Source: Hypanus sabinus (Eukaryota). Taken from it: a stretch of 64,000 nt of DNA. Positions 24,241 through 37,454 of the stretch are shown here, piece after piece. The position numbers were made by a program, and so were the translations under genes. Location of the stretch: positions 81,902,001 through 81,966,000 of the forward strand of contig NC_082721.1 in assembly GCF_030144855.1 (NCBI RefSeq). The letters run 5' to 3'. Positions within the stretch are counted from its first letter, which is position 1. Each line of letters opens with the position of its first letter. The notes below the pieces were generated by a model. The model made no database searches, was not told where the DNA came from, and saw nothing but the letters and a program-made list of their open reading frames with translations.

Positions 24241-26264
24241 CTTGTTCACAATTTGGCTACAGTTTTGTTTGAAGTTCAGCTTGAGTTGTGTGCAGCCTTA
24301 TTTATGTGGTTTCCATTGTAGGGTATGGAGTAGCTAATTTGCCTACAACAGGCTTCCATGGAACACCCCTGTTCATTATAGCCTACTGCCTGCCTTATAC
24401 CAATGGATATTTGCACATTGTGGGCAACACAAAATCCAATAATTAGCTTATTCTGGTTATTGAAGCTTCTAGTTTATATCATGAATTGCTTGCATGATAC
24501 TTTCCATTTTAGTGTTAAGCAGTTGGAGCTGAAACTAGATGAACTTTGGGTCATTCAAGAGGCTGAGGGTGTGATAGGACATATCATTAGCACCAATGAC
24601 ATAGGCAGAAAAGCAGAAGTCCTGTGCTTGATATTCTGGGGTTCCATTGTTTTAGATATGACAGTGTGGGAGTGGTTACAAACCACCAACTGCCCAAGGA
24701 ATTCCAAGGAACAAATTTGTAGACAGATTGCAGACTGTTGCAAGAAACAAGGTTGTTATAGTAGTTGATTTTAACTTTCCACATATTGTCTGGGACTCCC
24801 ATACTGTAAAAGAACTGGGTGGGATAGAGTTTGCCAATGTATTTGGGAAAGTTTCCTTCAGTACATAGAAAGGAGTGCGCAATACTGGATCTGCTGTTGG
24901 GGAATGAGACAAGGCAGGTGACAGAAGTTTGTGTAGGAAAACAATTTGCATCCAGTCACCACAATGCCATTCGTTTCAAAGTAAATGTGCAAAAAGGTAG
25001 GTCTGGTCCATGTTTTGAGTTCTAAATTTTAGAAAAGCCAGTTTTGATGGTATCAGAAGTTATCTGGCATGTGTGGATTGGGTCTGGCTGTTTTCTGGCA
25101 AAGGTGTACTTTGTAAATCAGAGGCCTTCAAAAGTAAAGTTGAGAATACAAAGCTTGTATGTGCCTGTCAGAGTAACAGATAAAGATAACAAGTGTAGGA
25201 AACCTTGGTTTTCAGGAGGTACTTTGGCTCTGGTTAAGACAAAAAAGGTGCACAGCAGGTATAGGCAAGTAGGAACAGATAAAGTGCTTATGGAGTGCAG
25301 GAATTGCAAGGGAATGTTAATATAAAGATCAGCAGGGCTAAAAGAAGGCATGAAATTGGTCTAGCAGACAAGGGGAAGGAGAATCCTAAGGAATTCTGCA
25401 GATATGTTAAGAGCAAAAGTATTACAAGGGACAAACTTGGTATTCCTGAAGATTAGACTGGTAATCCATGTGTGGACCAAAACAGATGGGGAAGATCTTG
25501 AGTAAATATTTTACATCTGTATTTATTCAGGAGATGGGCACAGTCTATAGAAGTGAAGCAAAGTGGCATCAACTTCATAGACCCTATACAGATTACAGAG
25601 GAGGAGTTGTTTGCTATCCTGAGGCAAATCAGGGTGGATAAATCCTCCAGGCCGGACAAGGTATCACGTCGGACGCTACGGTAGGCAAGTGTCGAGGCCC
25701 AAGCCGAGCAATTTGTATCATCCTTAGCAAAAGGAGGGGAACCAGAGGACTAGAGGATAACCAATGTTGTTCTGCTGTTTAAGAAAGATTCTAAAGATAA
25801 AATAGGAAATTATAGGCCAGTGAGTCTGACATCAGTTGTGGGAAGTTTATTGAAGGGTATCCTAAAGGACCAGATATGTAAGAATTTGGTAGACATGAAC
25901 TGATTAAGAAAAGCCAGCATGGTTTTATGCATTGTAGGTCATGTCTAACCAATCTTAGAGATTTTTGAGCAAGTTACCAGGAAAGTGGTTGAAGGCAATC
26001 AGTGGATGTTGTCTGCATGGATTTTAGTAAGGCATTTGACAAGATCGCTCGTGGGATGCTGGTCAAGAAGGTTCAATTGCTCAGCATTCAAGCTGAGGTA
26101 GTAAATTGGATTAGACATTGGCTTTGTGAGAGAAGCCAGAGAGTGGTCATAAAGGGTTGTCTCTCTGACTGGAGGCTTGTGACTAGTGGTGTGCTACAGG
26201 CATCGGTGCTGGGCCCTTGCTTTGTCATCTGTATCGGCGATCTGGATCATAATGTGGTTAACTG

Positions 26265-27119
26265 TGTTACGAATGTGCCACAACTCTGAGGGGCCGAAGG
26301 GTACAAAGTAGCCCCCTCCTTTTTGAGAATCGCAAGATCACTATTAAGCCAGTTCAGGAGACCCAGGAAATGAGAGAAAGACATGCAGAATCCACAAAGA
26401 GTTTGGAATGTGTCCTGGCTTCCGAAAGGCGGAACCATTGATAATGGCTATTGTCTCTTGGAGACGGAATTGTGTATTGAATCCTGTACGATGCATCGAA
26501 GCCCCCAGGCAATGAACTGAGGAGGGGGGTTGGTGGAGGGATTGCATCATCCCAACCTGATTGACATCTGAGACCCTGTGAGTCAGGATAAAAGAGGGTC
26601 TATGGGAACAACCCCTCAGACGCACCAGAAGAAACGCTAAAACTCCTGTAACAGCGTAATAGCGAAAGCCGGTGGAAACAGCCCACGTGCGTCCTTTTCC
26701 ATTTGCCTCGGAATTGGTGGGTCTTGCCACGGAAGCACGGCTTTAGCTAACCACAAAGGGGAAACCAGTCCCCCAACGACTCTCGAAGGATTGACATCAT
26801 AAAAGGAATGGGCAAGTTAAACCTCTGTCTTTCTCTCCAACCAAAAAAGGCTGGAGCCTACAGCTTGAATGAACTAAAGTGACTTTTATATTTCCATCAG
26901 ACAATACATGATCCCCAAGACAACGACAGAGCTATTTCTTATTATTATTATACCCGCGCTTTTTAGATTTAGTATGGACGACGTATATTATCTGTATGTT
27001 TGCATTGATATTATTTTTGTGTATTTTTATCAATAAATACTGTTAAAAATAGTACCATCAGACTTCAACGGACCTCTCTATCTTTGCTGGTAAGTGACCC
27101 AGTTACGGGGTACGTAACA
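26265..27119 (+). mobile_element. Solo LTR (855 bp), Gypsy or ERV class
   Basis: TGTTACG...CGTAACA termini, 4-bp TSD ACTG (26261-26264 / 27120-27123), TATA-like GATAAAA 26587, AATAAA 27032; removing it restores the CR1 RT sequence. Confidence 0.9.
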
Positions 27120-27535
27120 ACTGGATCAGTAGATTTGCAGATGACACCAAGGTTAAGGGTGTAGTGGACAGTCAGAAGTCTGTCATGGCTTGCAGAGGGA
27201 TCCGCATCATCTGGGAAAATGAGCTGAAAAATGACAGATGGAATTTATTGCAGACAAGTGTGAGGTTTTGCACTTCCAGAAGGATCAACCAGGGTAGGTC
27301 TTACACAGTGAATGTTAGGGCACTGAGGAGTGTCGTAGAACAAAGTGATCTGGGAATACAGGTACATAATTCATTGAAAGTGACATCACAGGTAGATAGG
27401 GTCATAAAGAAAGCTTTTTGCATTTTGCCTTCATAAATCAAAGTACAGCAGATGGAATGCTATGTTGAAGTTTTATAAGACTGATGAGGCCCAATATGGA
27501 ATATTGTGCGCAGTTTTGGTCAAAGCTGTCAATAT

Positions 27536-30502
27536 GAACATAGGAATTTACAGTGCATTACAGGCCCTTCGGCTATGCTGAACATGTAATTGCTTTAGAA
27601 ATTACCTAGAGTTACTGGTAGACCTCTATTTTTCTAAACTCCATGTACCTATCCTGGAGCCTCTTAAGAATCTGTTGTATCCACCCCTACCACAGTCACT
27701 AGCAGCCCATTCCACGCACTCACCACTCTCTGCGTAAACAACTTACCCTGACATCCCCTCTGTACCTAATTCTGTACCTTAAAACTGTGCCCCCTCGTTT
27801 CAGCCATTTCAGCCTTGGGCAAAAGCCTCTGACTACCCATATGATCAATGCCTCTTATCATCTTATACGCCTCGATCAGGTCACCTCTCATCCTCTGTTG
27901 CTCCAAGGAAAGAAAGCCAAGTACACTCAACCTATTCTCATAAGGCATGCCCTCCAATCCAGGCAACATCCTTGTAGATCTCCTCTGCATACTCTCCATA
28001 GTACCTATATCCTTCCTGTAGTGAGGTGACCAGAACTGAACACAGTACTCCAAGTGGGGTCTGACCAAGGTCTTCTGTAGCTGTAACATTACCTCATGGC
28101 TCTTTAACTCAATTCCACAATTGATGAATGCCAACACACCATACACCTTCTTAACAACACTGTCAACCTACGCAGCAGCTTTGAGTGTCCTATCAACACG
28201 GACCTCAAGATCTCTCTGATCCTCTACACTGCCAAGATTCTTACCATTAATATTATATTCTCTCTGCAATTGGACCTACCAAAATGAACCATTTCACACT
28301 TATCTGGGTTGAAGTCCAGCTACCACTTCTCAGCTCAGTTCTGCATCCTATTGATGTCCTGCTGTAACCTCTGACAACCCTCCAGACTATCCACAGCACC
28401 CCCAACCTTTGTGTCATCAGCAAGTTTACTAATTCACCCTTCTACTTCTTCATCCAGGTCATTTATAAAAATCACAGAGGGGTTCCAGACAGATCCTTGA
28501 AGAACACCACTGGTCACTGACCTCTGTGCAGAATACAAACCATCTACAACCACCCTTTGCCTTATGTGGGCAAGCCAATTCTGGATCCCCAAAAGCAAGG
28601 TCTCCTTGGATACCATGCCTCCTTACTTTCTGAAGGAACCTTGCACAGGGAACCTTATCAAATGCCTCATTGAAATCCATATACACTACCTCCACTGCTC
28701 TACGTTCATCAATGTGTTTTGTTTGATCCTCAAAGAATTAAATCAGGCTCATAAGGCATGACCTGCTCTTGACAAAGCCATGCTGACTATCCTTAATCAG
28801 ATTGTGTCTCTCCAAATGCTTATAAATCCTGCCTCTCAGGATCGTCTCCATCTACTTTCCCACTATTGAAGTAAGACTCACTGGTCTATAATTTCCTGGG
28901 TTATCTCTACTCCCTTTCATGAACAAGGGAACAACATTTGCAATCCTCCAGTACTTCTCCCGTCCCTATTGATGACGCAAAGATCATCACCAGAGGCTCA
29001 GCAATCTCCTCCCTCGCTTCTCACAGTAGCCTGGGGTATATCTCATCCAGTCCCAGTGACTTTTCTAACTTCATGCTTTCCAGCATATCCTCTTTCTTAA
29101 TGTCTATATGCTCAAGCACTTCATCCCCACAATTGCCAAGGTCTTTTTCCCTGGTGAATACTGAAGCAAAGTATTCATTAAGTACCTCTGCTGTCTCCTC
29201 TGACTCCATGCACACATTTCCACTATCGCACCTGATTGGTCCTATTCTTACACCACTCATCCTCTTGCTCTTCGCATACTTGTAGAATGTCTTGGGGTTT
29301 TCCTTAATCCTGCTCACCAAGGCGTTCTCATAGCCCCTTCTGGGTATCCTAATTCCATTCTTAAACTCCTTCCTAGCAATCTTGTAATTTTCTAGAGCTC
29401 TATCAGCACCTAGTTTCTTGAACCTTTCGTAAGCTTTTCTTAAGCAGATTTTCTACATATTTTGTACACCATGGTTCTTTAACTCTACCATCCTTTCCCT
29501 GCCTCAATGGAATGTACCTGTGCAGAGATCCATGCAAATGTTCCCTGAACATTTGCCACAATTCTGCTGAGCATTTTCCTGAGAACATCTGCTCCCAATT
29601 TTGACTCCCATGTTCCTGCCTAATAGCATCATATCCCACCCCCCCCCCCCCACCCCAGTTAAATGCTTTCCCAAATTGTCTGCTCCTATCCTTTCCAGCG
29701 CTATGGATTAGGATATAGAGTTGTGGTCACTACCTCCAAAATGCTCTCCCACCGAGAGATCTGACACCTGTCTAGTTTATTTCCCAATACCTGATTAAGT
29801 AGAGCCTCTCCTCTAGTTGGCTTATCTGCATATTGTGTCAGGAAACCTTCCGGAACACACTTGTCAAACTCTACCCTATCTAAACCCCTGGCGCTAGGGA
29901 GATGCCAATCAACCTTAGGGAAGTTAATATCTCCCATCACAATGACCGTACGACTATGGCACTTTTCCAGAGTGTGCCTCCCTATCCTTGTTGCTATTGG
30001 GAGGTCAACAAAAGCACCCAGTAGAGTTATTGCTCCTTTCCTGTTTCTGACTTCCACCCACACTAACTCAGTAGACCATCCCTCCATGACATCCTCCTTT
30101 TCTGCAGCTGTGACACTATCCCTAATTAGAAATGCCACACCCCCCATCTTTTTTGCCTTCCTCTCTGTTCTTTTTGAAATATCTAAAGCCTGGCACACTC
30201 AGCAGCCATTCCTTCTCCTGAGACATCTGAGTCTCTGTAATGGCCACAACGTTACAGTTCCACGTAGCATTACGTGCTCTTAAGTTCATCCACCTTATTT
30301 ATGATACTCCTTGCATTAAAATAGATACATCTCAAACCATCAGGCTGAGTGCATCTTTGCTCTATCATCTGCCTATCCTTCACAGACTCCCTACAAGCTG
30401 TCTCTACTTGTGCTTCAACCTTCTTACCTCTGCCTCTTCATGTCGGTTCCCAGCCCCCTGCAAATCTAGTTTAAACCATCCCCATTAGCAAACCTCCCGC
30501 CA
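27536..30502 (-). mobile_element. CR1 LINE, ~3 kb, antisense, nested
   Basis: ORFs 29701-30198 (GGVA, VMGD.NFP; APE), 28459-28695 (YMDFNEAFDKVP), 27766-28146 (LVRPHLEYCVQFWSP). Confidence 0.95.
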
Positions 30503-33137
30503 AATATAGTTGAAAGAGTACAGAGAAAATTTACAAGGATGTTGCTGGGTCTGGAGGACCTGAGTTATAGGGAAATATTGAATAGGTTAGGACTGTATAC
30601 TTAATGTAGAAGATTGAGAGGAGATTTGCTAAAGGTGTATAAAATTGAGGGGTACAGATGCGGTAAATGCAGGCAGGCTTTTTCTATTGAGGTTGGTTGA
30701 AACTGCAACTAGAGAACATGGGTTAAGGGTGAAAGATGAAAAGTTTAAGAGGAATATGAGGGGAAACTTCTTCACTCGGAAGGCCGTGAGAATGTGGAAT
30801 GCCCTGCCAGCACAAATGGTGCTCGCAAGCTCGACTTCAATGTTTAAGAGAAGTTTGGATAGGTGCATGGTCCTGGTGCATGTCGATGAGCATAGGCAAT
30901 CTAAGTGGTTTTGGCATGGACTAGATGGGCCAAATGGCTGTGTACTTTTGTATGGCTCTCTGATTCTTCAAGTTTAGCTGAATGGTGATTTCATCCAGTA
31001 TTCACTGCTCATGCACGTGCCCCCTGCAGAGACAGGTGATCAGCTAAGAAGCATTGACTGAACTACCCCTCTGTCTCAATAACCAGGAACAGTGACACTT
31101 TTTGTGGCTCCTAGACTCCTCACTCAAGACATCTAACTCTGTACAGACCATAATTAAAAATAAAATGTCAGAAACATTAACAGATCAGGCAGTGTGTGTG
31201 GAAGGAGAAAAAGTAATCTTTTTAGGTCTGTGCCTGTTACTTAGAAACGGGTTCTCTTTCTAGATGCTGACTGACCTGCTGAGTGTTTCCAGCATTTTGT
31301 TATTTCAGATTTAAGTGTCCGTTTCAACCATTGTGAGCATGCCATGTTGGCACCAGGTGTGTGTGACACTTAAGAGTCAAAGAGAACTACAGAATTGAAA
31401 CAGGACTTTTGGCCCAGCTAGTACTTGCCTGACCTGTTTGTTTTTTTTTTGCCAAGTCCCATCAACTTGCACTTGGGACCATAACCCTCTATGTGGCGGC
31501 TTGGTAGCATCGAGGTCAGCACAATGCACTACAATACTGGTTTCGTTTCCTGCCGCTGCCAGGAAGAAGTTTGTACATTCTCCCCGTGACTGAGTTTCCT
31601 CCGGGTACTCCAGTTTCCTCCCAACAGTGCACAGACGCACCAGTTGTTGGGATAATTGGTCATTATAAATTGTCCTGGGATTAGGCTAGGGTTAAATCAG
31701 AGTGGTGCAGTTTGAAGGACCTGTTTCTTGCTGTACCCCAATAAATCAATTCCCCTTCCCATCCATGTACTTATCCAAACTTCTCTTAAATGTTTCAGTT
31801 GAACCCCCCCCCCCCCCCATCCACACTGTCCTCAAATGTTTACCTACAGCAATTATCTCTCAGATCCTTACTAAAAGTGATGGATTTAAGTAAGAATGTG
31901 TAGTGAAGGCATATGATCAGGTACTTGTCTCAAACACCTGCAACAGTATTCGTTGGAGATTACTACTTAAGGGAGGGATGGAATTGGAGATAAAAGGAGC
32001 ATTTTGTTTATAATCAGACCTAAATGCCTCTTTTAACAAAGAGAATATAATGCAAAAATGAAATGCATTTAATCCCTTTGATGTCCAACTTTCATTTAGT
32101 TTTAGGCCAGGTCTTGTTGCCTGTGATTGGTTTTAGAGGCTATGCAAGCCTTGAAAATTTTTGTATTTAAATTAATTAGTAAATTTTAAAGATTGCAGGG
32201 ATTCCCAATTGTTTGGGGGGGGGGGGGGAGCGGATGCCGCGTTTGGCTCTGGTACTTGCTGCTGCCGGAATGTAGGCAAAAATGCCCATCTGGGACTACA
32301 TTCACCAGCTATAGGCACTGAATTGTAATCAGGAGCTGGAAACCTAACTGATTCATCCTTTTTAGAACAAAAGTTAACACAAGGCTTGTGTCCTGACCCT
32401 GTCCTTGGTGTATGGACTGATGAAGCATGTAAGGTATCCCATAACCTGTGTGATCTCTGTTGTGACTAGAGTGAGGCTTGAGGTCTTTGTTCGGAGAGGT
32501 AGGAAAACGGGGAAACGAGTTGGGAAGGGTCCGTGAGCAAAGTAAGTCCTGGCAGATCATGAGCAACCTGAGTTCTTAGAATGCAAGGCTCAGACTTGAT
32601 AGAGTGAAGATGCTGGAGTCTGGAGCAGCAGGCAACACAGTGATCTTTGGGATTTGTTACCCGTCCTGAACCAGAGTGGATAATGTCACTCACGCCAACA
32701 CTGAACTGATTCCTGGACTTGAGAACTCACTTTCAAGGACTCTTGCTCAAATTTTTGATATTTATTTATTATAATTTTGTTTTTCCTTTTCTGTTTGCAC
32801 GATTTGTCGCCTTTTGCACATTGGTTGTTTGTATGTAGTTTTTCATTGATTCGATTCTGTTTCTTTTTATCTACTGTGAATGCCTGAAAGAAAATAAATT
32901 CCAAGGTAGTTACATGTACTTTGATAATAAATTTTCTTCAAACCTTAAAGACTTCACCTGAATTAGATGAAGCCTCTCAACCCTAAATGTAGCATCCATA
33001 GATGTTGCCTGACTTGTTGAGTTCCTCTAGGATATTCTGTGTTGCATCTTTTAATGTGGTCAGAGCATTCAGCAGGTAAACTTATACTCCCTTGTTCTTG
33101 CAGCCTGTTCTACTGACCCTGGGGCAGTGAATGCAGT

Positions 33138-33579
33138 ATGGCAAGTGGATCGGATGAATTCTCGTGTGACCAGTTTCAGGCTGAGGGCAGGTTGGATCTG
33201 GAGACAGAAGAGGAGCTAGAGCTCCAGGCCCAGGAGTACGTGGACCGAATCTGGAACCCTGACCTATGTGGCCCCAGGCCCCCCAGCTGCCCACCGGAGC
33301 TGAGCACGGAGTGTCAGCCCCGCAGCAGCAGGTCCAGCGCTTCTGACCTGAGCGTGAAGTTGCGATCCAGTCAGGTGCTGCCGACTGACAACGTGCAGTC
33401 CAGCCTGCTCTCCCTCCCCTGGGAGATCATCCTGGAGATCTTCTCCTATCTCGATGCCAGATTTGTGCTTGGCGTCCTCCCGTTGGTGTGCCGAACATTC
33501 CAGTATATCCTGACTGATGAGGTGACCTGGAGAATCCGAGCACAGAAGATCCTTGGCTTGAGCTACCCAATATTGGAAG
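33138..33579 (+). CDS. FBXW9: FBXW9 first coding exon (exon starts 33104), contains F-box. Full CDS join(33138..33579,37315..37454,37764..37892,38698..38810,41423..41514,41694..41842,43992..44105,44296..44385,46709..46774,48176..48250), 469 aa
   Basis: Kozak agtATGG; F-box LLSLPWEIILEIFSYLDARFVLGVLPLVCRTF; donor G|GTTTGT (phase 1). All ten exons join in frame (1410 nt). Confidence 0.93.
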
Positions 33580-34275
33580 GTTTGTGATTTGTGCAACGTT
33601 GACATTAAGACATAAGGCACGGGGCAGAACACGCCATTTGCCCCAGGGTTAATTTGTTGATTCCTTGCAACCCCATTTTTCTGCCTTCTCCCTCTAACCA
33701 CTGATACCCTTACTACTCAAGAATCTACTAACCTCTTTAAATATACCTAATGATGTTAATTACCCTGATCAAATGTGATTTTTCCAGAGATTCTATCTCT
33801 CCCACTGCAAAGGATTTTGTGGATATCAATTCTTCCACCACTCCTCTTTGGTGTGAGAATTTCAGGAATATTGAATCCCCTCCACTTCTGCTATTAGCTC
33901 CAAGGTGGAGAATGCGAGGATATGGTGGATGTCCCTCCCATTGCAGTGGTGCAAGATCCCATCCAAACCTACTTCGGTTTGGAATCTGAGTGGAATCAAT
34001 TTGAACTGGCTCACTACTGAACTCACCCCCCACCCCCCCATGTCCATTTTCCACGTGGGTGAGTGCTACCTCAAGACTAACAGAGCCTAACCACACCTGG
34101 TCCTCACCAGACAGACCAGTGGGAAGTGGGGGCAATTGATCTTCCCCTGCATGAGCCAAGAGACCCTAGATCCAAACCTGGTCTAACCCTGGACAGACCT
34201 GACCCTTTATCAGACAGCTCAGCAGGAACTAGCAGCATGCTGATCTTTCCCTGGATGAGCCAAGAGTCCCTAGAT

Positions 34276-34354
34276 CAGGGGTTCCCAACCTTTTTCATGC
34301 CATGGACCACTACCATTAAGCAAAGGGTCTGTGGACCCGAGGTGGGAACCCGTG
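34276..34354. mobile_element. hAT-Charlie-like MITE (79 bp); duplicate at 47376-47453
   Basis: TIR CAGGGGTTCCCA / TGGGAACCCGTG; 8-bp TSD CCCTAGAT at 34268-34275 and 34355-34362. Confidence 0.85.
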
Positions 34355-34389
34355 CCCTAGATACGCTTCAAATATGTAACACCTGAAGA

Positions 34390-34800
34390 CAGAGGGGCAG
34401 AATTGGATCATTGGGCCTATCCACTGCTCTGCTATTCCATTATTACTGATTTATTATCCCTGCCTTTTCCCATTCTCCTGCCTTCTTCCTGAAATCTTTG
34501 ATGCCCTCACTAATCTAGAATCTATAAACATCTGCTTTATATATACCCAATGAGTTGGCCTCCTCAGCAGTCTGTGGTAATGAAATCACAGATTCACCCC
34601 CTCTGGCTAAAGAAATTCCTCCTCATCTCTGTTCTAAATAGACAAACGTATTCTGTGGCTGAGCCCTTTGGTTCTGGGTTCTTCCCAATTATGGAAACAT
34701 CCTCTCCACATCCACCCTATCTAGACCTTTCAATATTCGGTAGGTTGCAATGAAATCCTACCTGCATTCTTTGAAACTCCAGCACAAACGGCCCAGAGCC
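34390..34800 (-). mobile_element. CR1 3' end; further CR1 3' pieces ~33600-33760, 35400-35970, 49380-49535, 59345-59740, 61095-61200 (-) and 39035-39310, 46870-47350 (+)
   Basis: Reverse strand RRNFFSQRG motif and the CR1 3'UTR shared across copies. Confidence 0.8.
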
Positions 34801-34804
34801 ATCA

Positions 34805-35235
34805 AATGGTATGCAAGACCATTGTCAGCATCTTCTCCCCAGCCACCATCCCCAGCACTGAGGCTCTAATTAGACTCAGTCAGAGTCACTGGGTGTGCCG
34901 CATCATTTCTATGCCTGACACCAGACTCCCAAAACAGTCAATCTGTTTTGGGCTCTATCATGACACACCATTGCCAGCTGGACAAGAAAAGATTTAGAAT
35001 TGTACTCCGAGCCCCTTTAAACAATGTAGCATCCTTATTGCCTGGAAGTCCCTAGTCCCTGACTGCTGAAAATGGAGAAGGAACATTCAGGGTTGTCCTG
35101 AGAAGCTTGATCCATTGGTTGAGCACAGTCTGTAGCCCAGTATAAATGATAGAAAGAGTGTGCACTATCTCAAACTACCCAACCACCTGTTCCACCCATG
35201 GCAGAGTTTGCAGTTTCTACATCAGTCAGCTCAGG
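34805..35235 (+). mobile_element. RTE-clade LINE 3' fragment
   Basis: HWVCRIISMPDTRLPKQ..FGL..GQ resembles the RTE C-terminal motif RW.GHV.RM...RLPKQ.LYGEL. Confidence 0.6.
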
Positions 35236-36269
35236 CTCTCAAGGTATTTTTTCCCCCAAGGGGATTGTTGTGAACTTTTTACTTGGTGGGTAGGTTGACA
35301 GAAGATCTTTACTTTATGGATGTTGAATACAGAGCCCTTCATTTAATTTACTTCAGAGAAGGAAATGACCATGACTTGGCATAGAGCTCTACATTTGTGC
35401 ATATACAATCAGTATTAGATCATTTGGCCCATCGAGTCTGCTCCACTATTCGATGTCTGATATATTATTACCTTACAATCCCATTCTCCTGCTTTCTCCC
35501 TATAACCTTTGATGTCCCCCTAATTAAGAACCTATTAACCTCCTCTTTAAATATACCCAATGACTTGGCCTTCACAGCGATATGTAACAATGAATTCCGC
35601 AAATTATCACCTTCTGGCTAAAGAAATTCCTCCTCATTTCTAATCTAAAGGGACACTTCTATTTTGAAGCTATGCCCTCTGGTCCATGGAAACATCCTCT
35701 CTGTGTCCAGTCTTTCACTCTACAGGAAATTTCCATGAGATCCCACCTCATTCTTCTGAACTCCAATGAGTACAGGCCCAGAGCCATAAAATGCTCCTCA
35801 TGTTAAAACTTTCAATCTTGGGATTATTCTTGTGAAGATTCTTATGAACCTTCTGCAACTCCTGCACATCCGTCTGTAGATTAGGCACCCAGAACTGCTT
35901 AGAGTACTCCAAATGTCTGACCAATGCCTTATAAAGCCATGGCATTGCATCCTAATCTTTATTGCTCTGCGTTATTTTCCTGAGATTGTTATCACTATGG
36001 TGATAAACCCAAAGAGGGGATATTTAGGAAAATGTGATGGGAGAAGTACAGACAAGGTCAGGGGTGATGAGGAGGCTGAGAGTTCAAATTGGGGCTTGAT
36101 GGACTGTGCATTGGATGGGAGTGCCGAGAAGAGATGAGTCATTATGGATGAAGATATATACTTAGGCCCACAAGGAAGGAGGAGGCGGCTTGGAGTTTGA
36201 ACTTGAACAAGGGGCAGGGTGCACACTTGGTGGTTGTGGTGGGGGCTACACAATTGTAGAATAGATGCC

Positions 36270-36930
36270 AGCTCGGAGGGAGTGACATCTAAAACTTTGA
36301 CCAGCTTCTATAGACAGTGGTGGAGAGTATGTTGACTGGCTGCATCACATCCTAAAATGGAAACACTAATGCCCTTGAATGAAAAATCCTACAAAACGTA
36401 GTGAATTCGGACTAGTACATCATGGATAAAGCTCTCCCCACTACTGAGTGCATCTATATGAAAGACTGTCACAGAAAAGCAGCATCCATCAGCAGGGGAC
36501 ACCCCCCCCCCCCCCCAACCTCCACCACCAACACCCAGAACGTGCTCTCTTCTCACTGCAATCAGGAAGAAGGTACAGGAGCCTCAGCACTCACACCACC
36601 TTCAAGGCTATGTTTCTATCCCTCAACCATCGGACTGTGAACCAAAGGGGGATAACTTCACACAACTTCACTTGCCCCATCATTGAAATGTTCCACAACC
36701 TATGGACTTTCAAGGTCTTTTCATCTCGTGTTTTTGATATTTATTGCTTATTTTATTATTATTACTGCTTTCTTTTTGTATTGTGTGGTTTATTTTCTTT
36801 TGCACCTTGGTTGAACACTGATGCCGTCTTTCATTGATTCGATTCTGTTATGGTTATTATTCTATTGATTTATTGAGTATGCCTACAAGAAAGTGAATCT
36901 CAGAGTTGCATATGGTGACATATATGTACT
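36270..36930 (+). mobile_element. Rex/Babar LINE 3' portion
   Basis: VVESMLTGCITS, LQSGRRYRSL and the shared 3'UTR. Confidence 0.8.
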
Positions 36931-37314
36931 TAGGTATGTGTTGGAAAGGGTGTCCAGGCTCGGCAAGTGTATTTGGAGAACATCCAAGAGGAGCTGAGAA
37001 AATATTCAAATATTCACAAGTTCAGAGACACAAGCTCCAAGCTGTTGAGATCAGGGAGAGGAGCATCAGGGACAGATGGCAGAGGATGAACTTTAGAGGA
37101 GAAAGAAGGGGGAAGTGACAAGGAGTGAGGTTTCAGGATAAGGGCAGAGAGTTTGGGAAGAGTACAAGCTACGTTCTTAGACATTGGGGCATGGAATGGG
37201 GTTGTATCTAAGCCTGGTCAGGAGACAAGGTGTGAGAGAGAAGAGACTAAACTCAGTGGGTGAAATTCAGGCAGACTTAATTCTGATTCATTTCATTCAT
37301 TCCTTTTTTAATAG

Positions 37315-37454
37315 GTAAAGACTTTGATTGGCCAACTGCATGCATTGAGCTCGAAGAACATCTTTCCCATTGGTCAGGCACGAATCCCAAGGTGGAGCAT
37401 TTTACACTGAATGAGGGGCACTTTGCCTCGGTGGACTGTGTGCTGCTGATTCAG
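37315..37454 (+). CDS. FBXW9: FBXW9 coding exon 2
   Basis: [47 protein letters not shown]; AG/GT boundaries. Confidence 0.95.

Larger units (their letters stand above)
24510..30965 (+). mobile_element. Long CR1 LINE (APE+RT+3' end) split by a solo LTR and an antisense CR1
   Basis: AILDLLLGNE, NYRPVSLTSVVGK, MDFSKAFDK, FADDTK; the sequence resumes at ~30503 (ERVQRKFTRML) where it broke off at ~27535. Confidence 0.85.
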
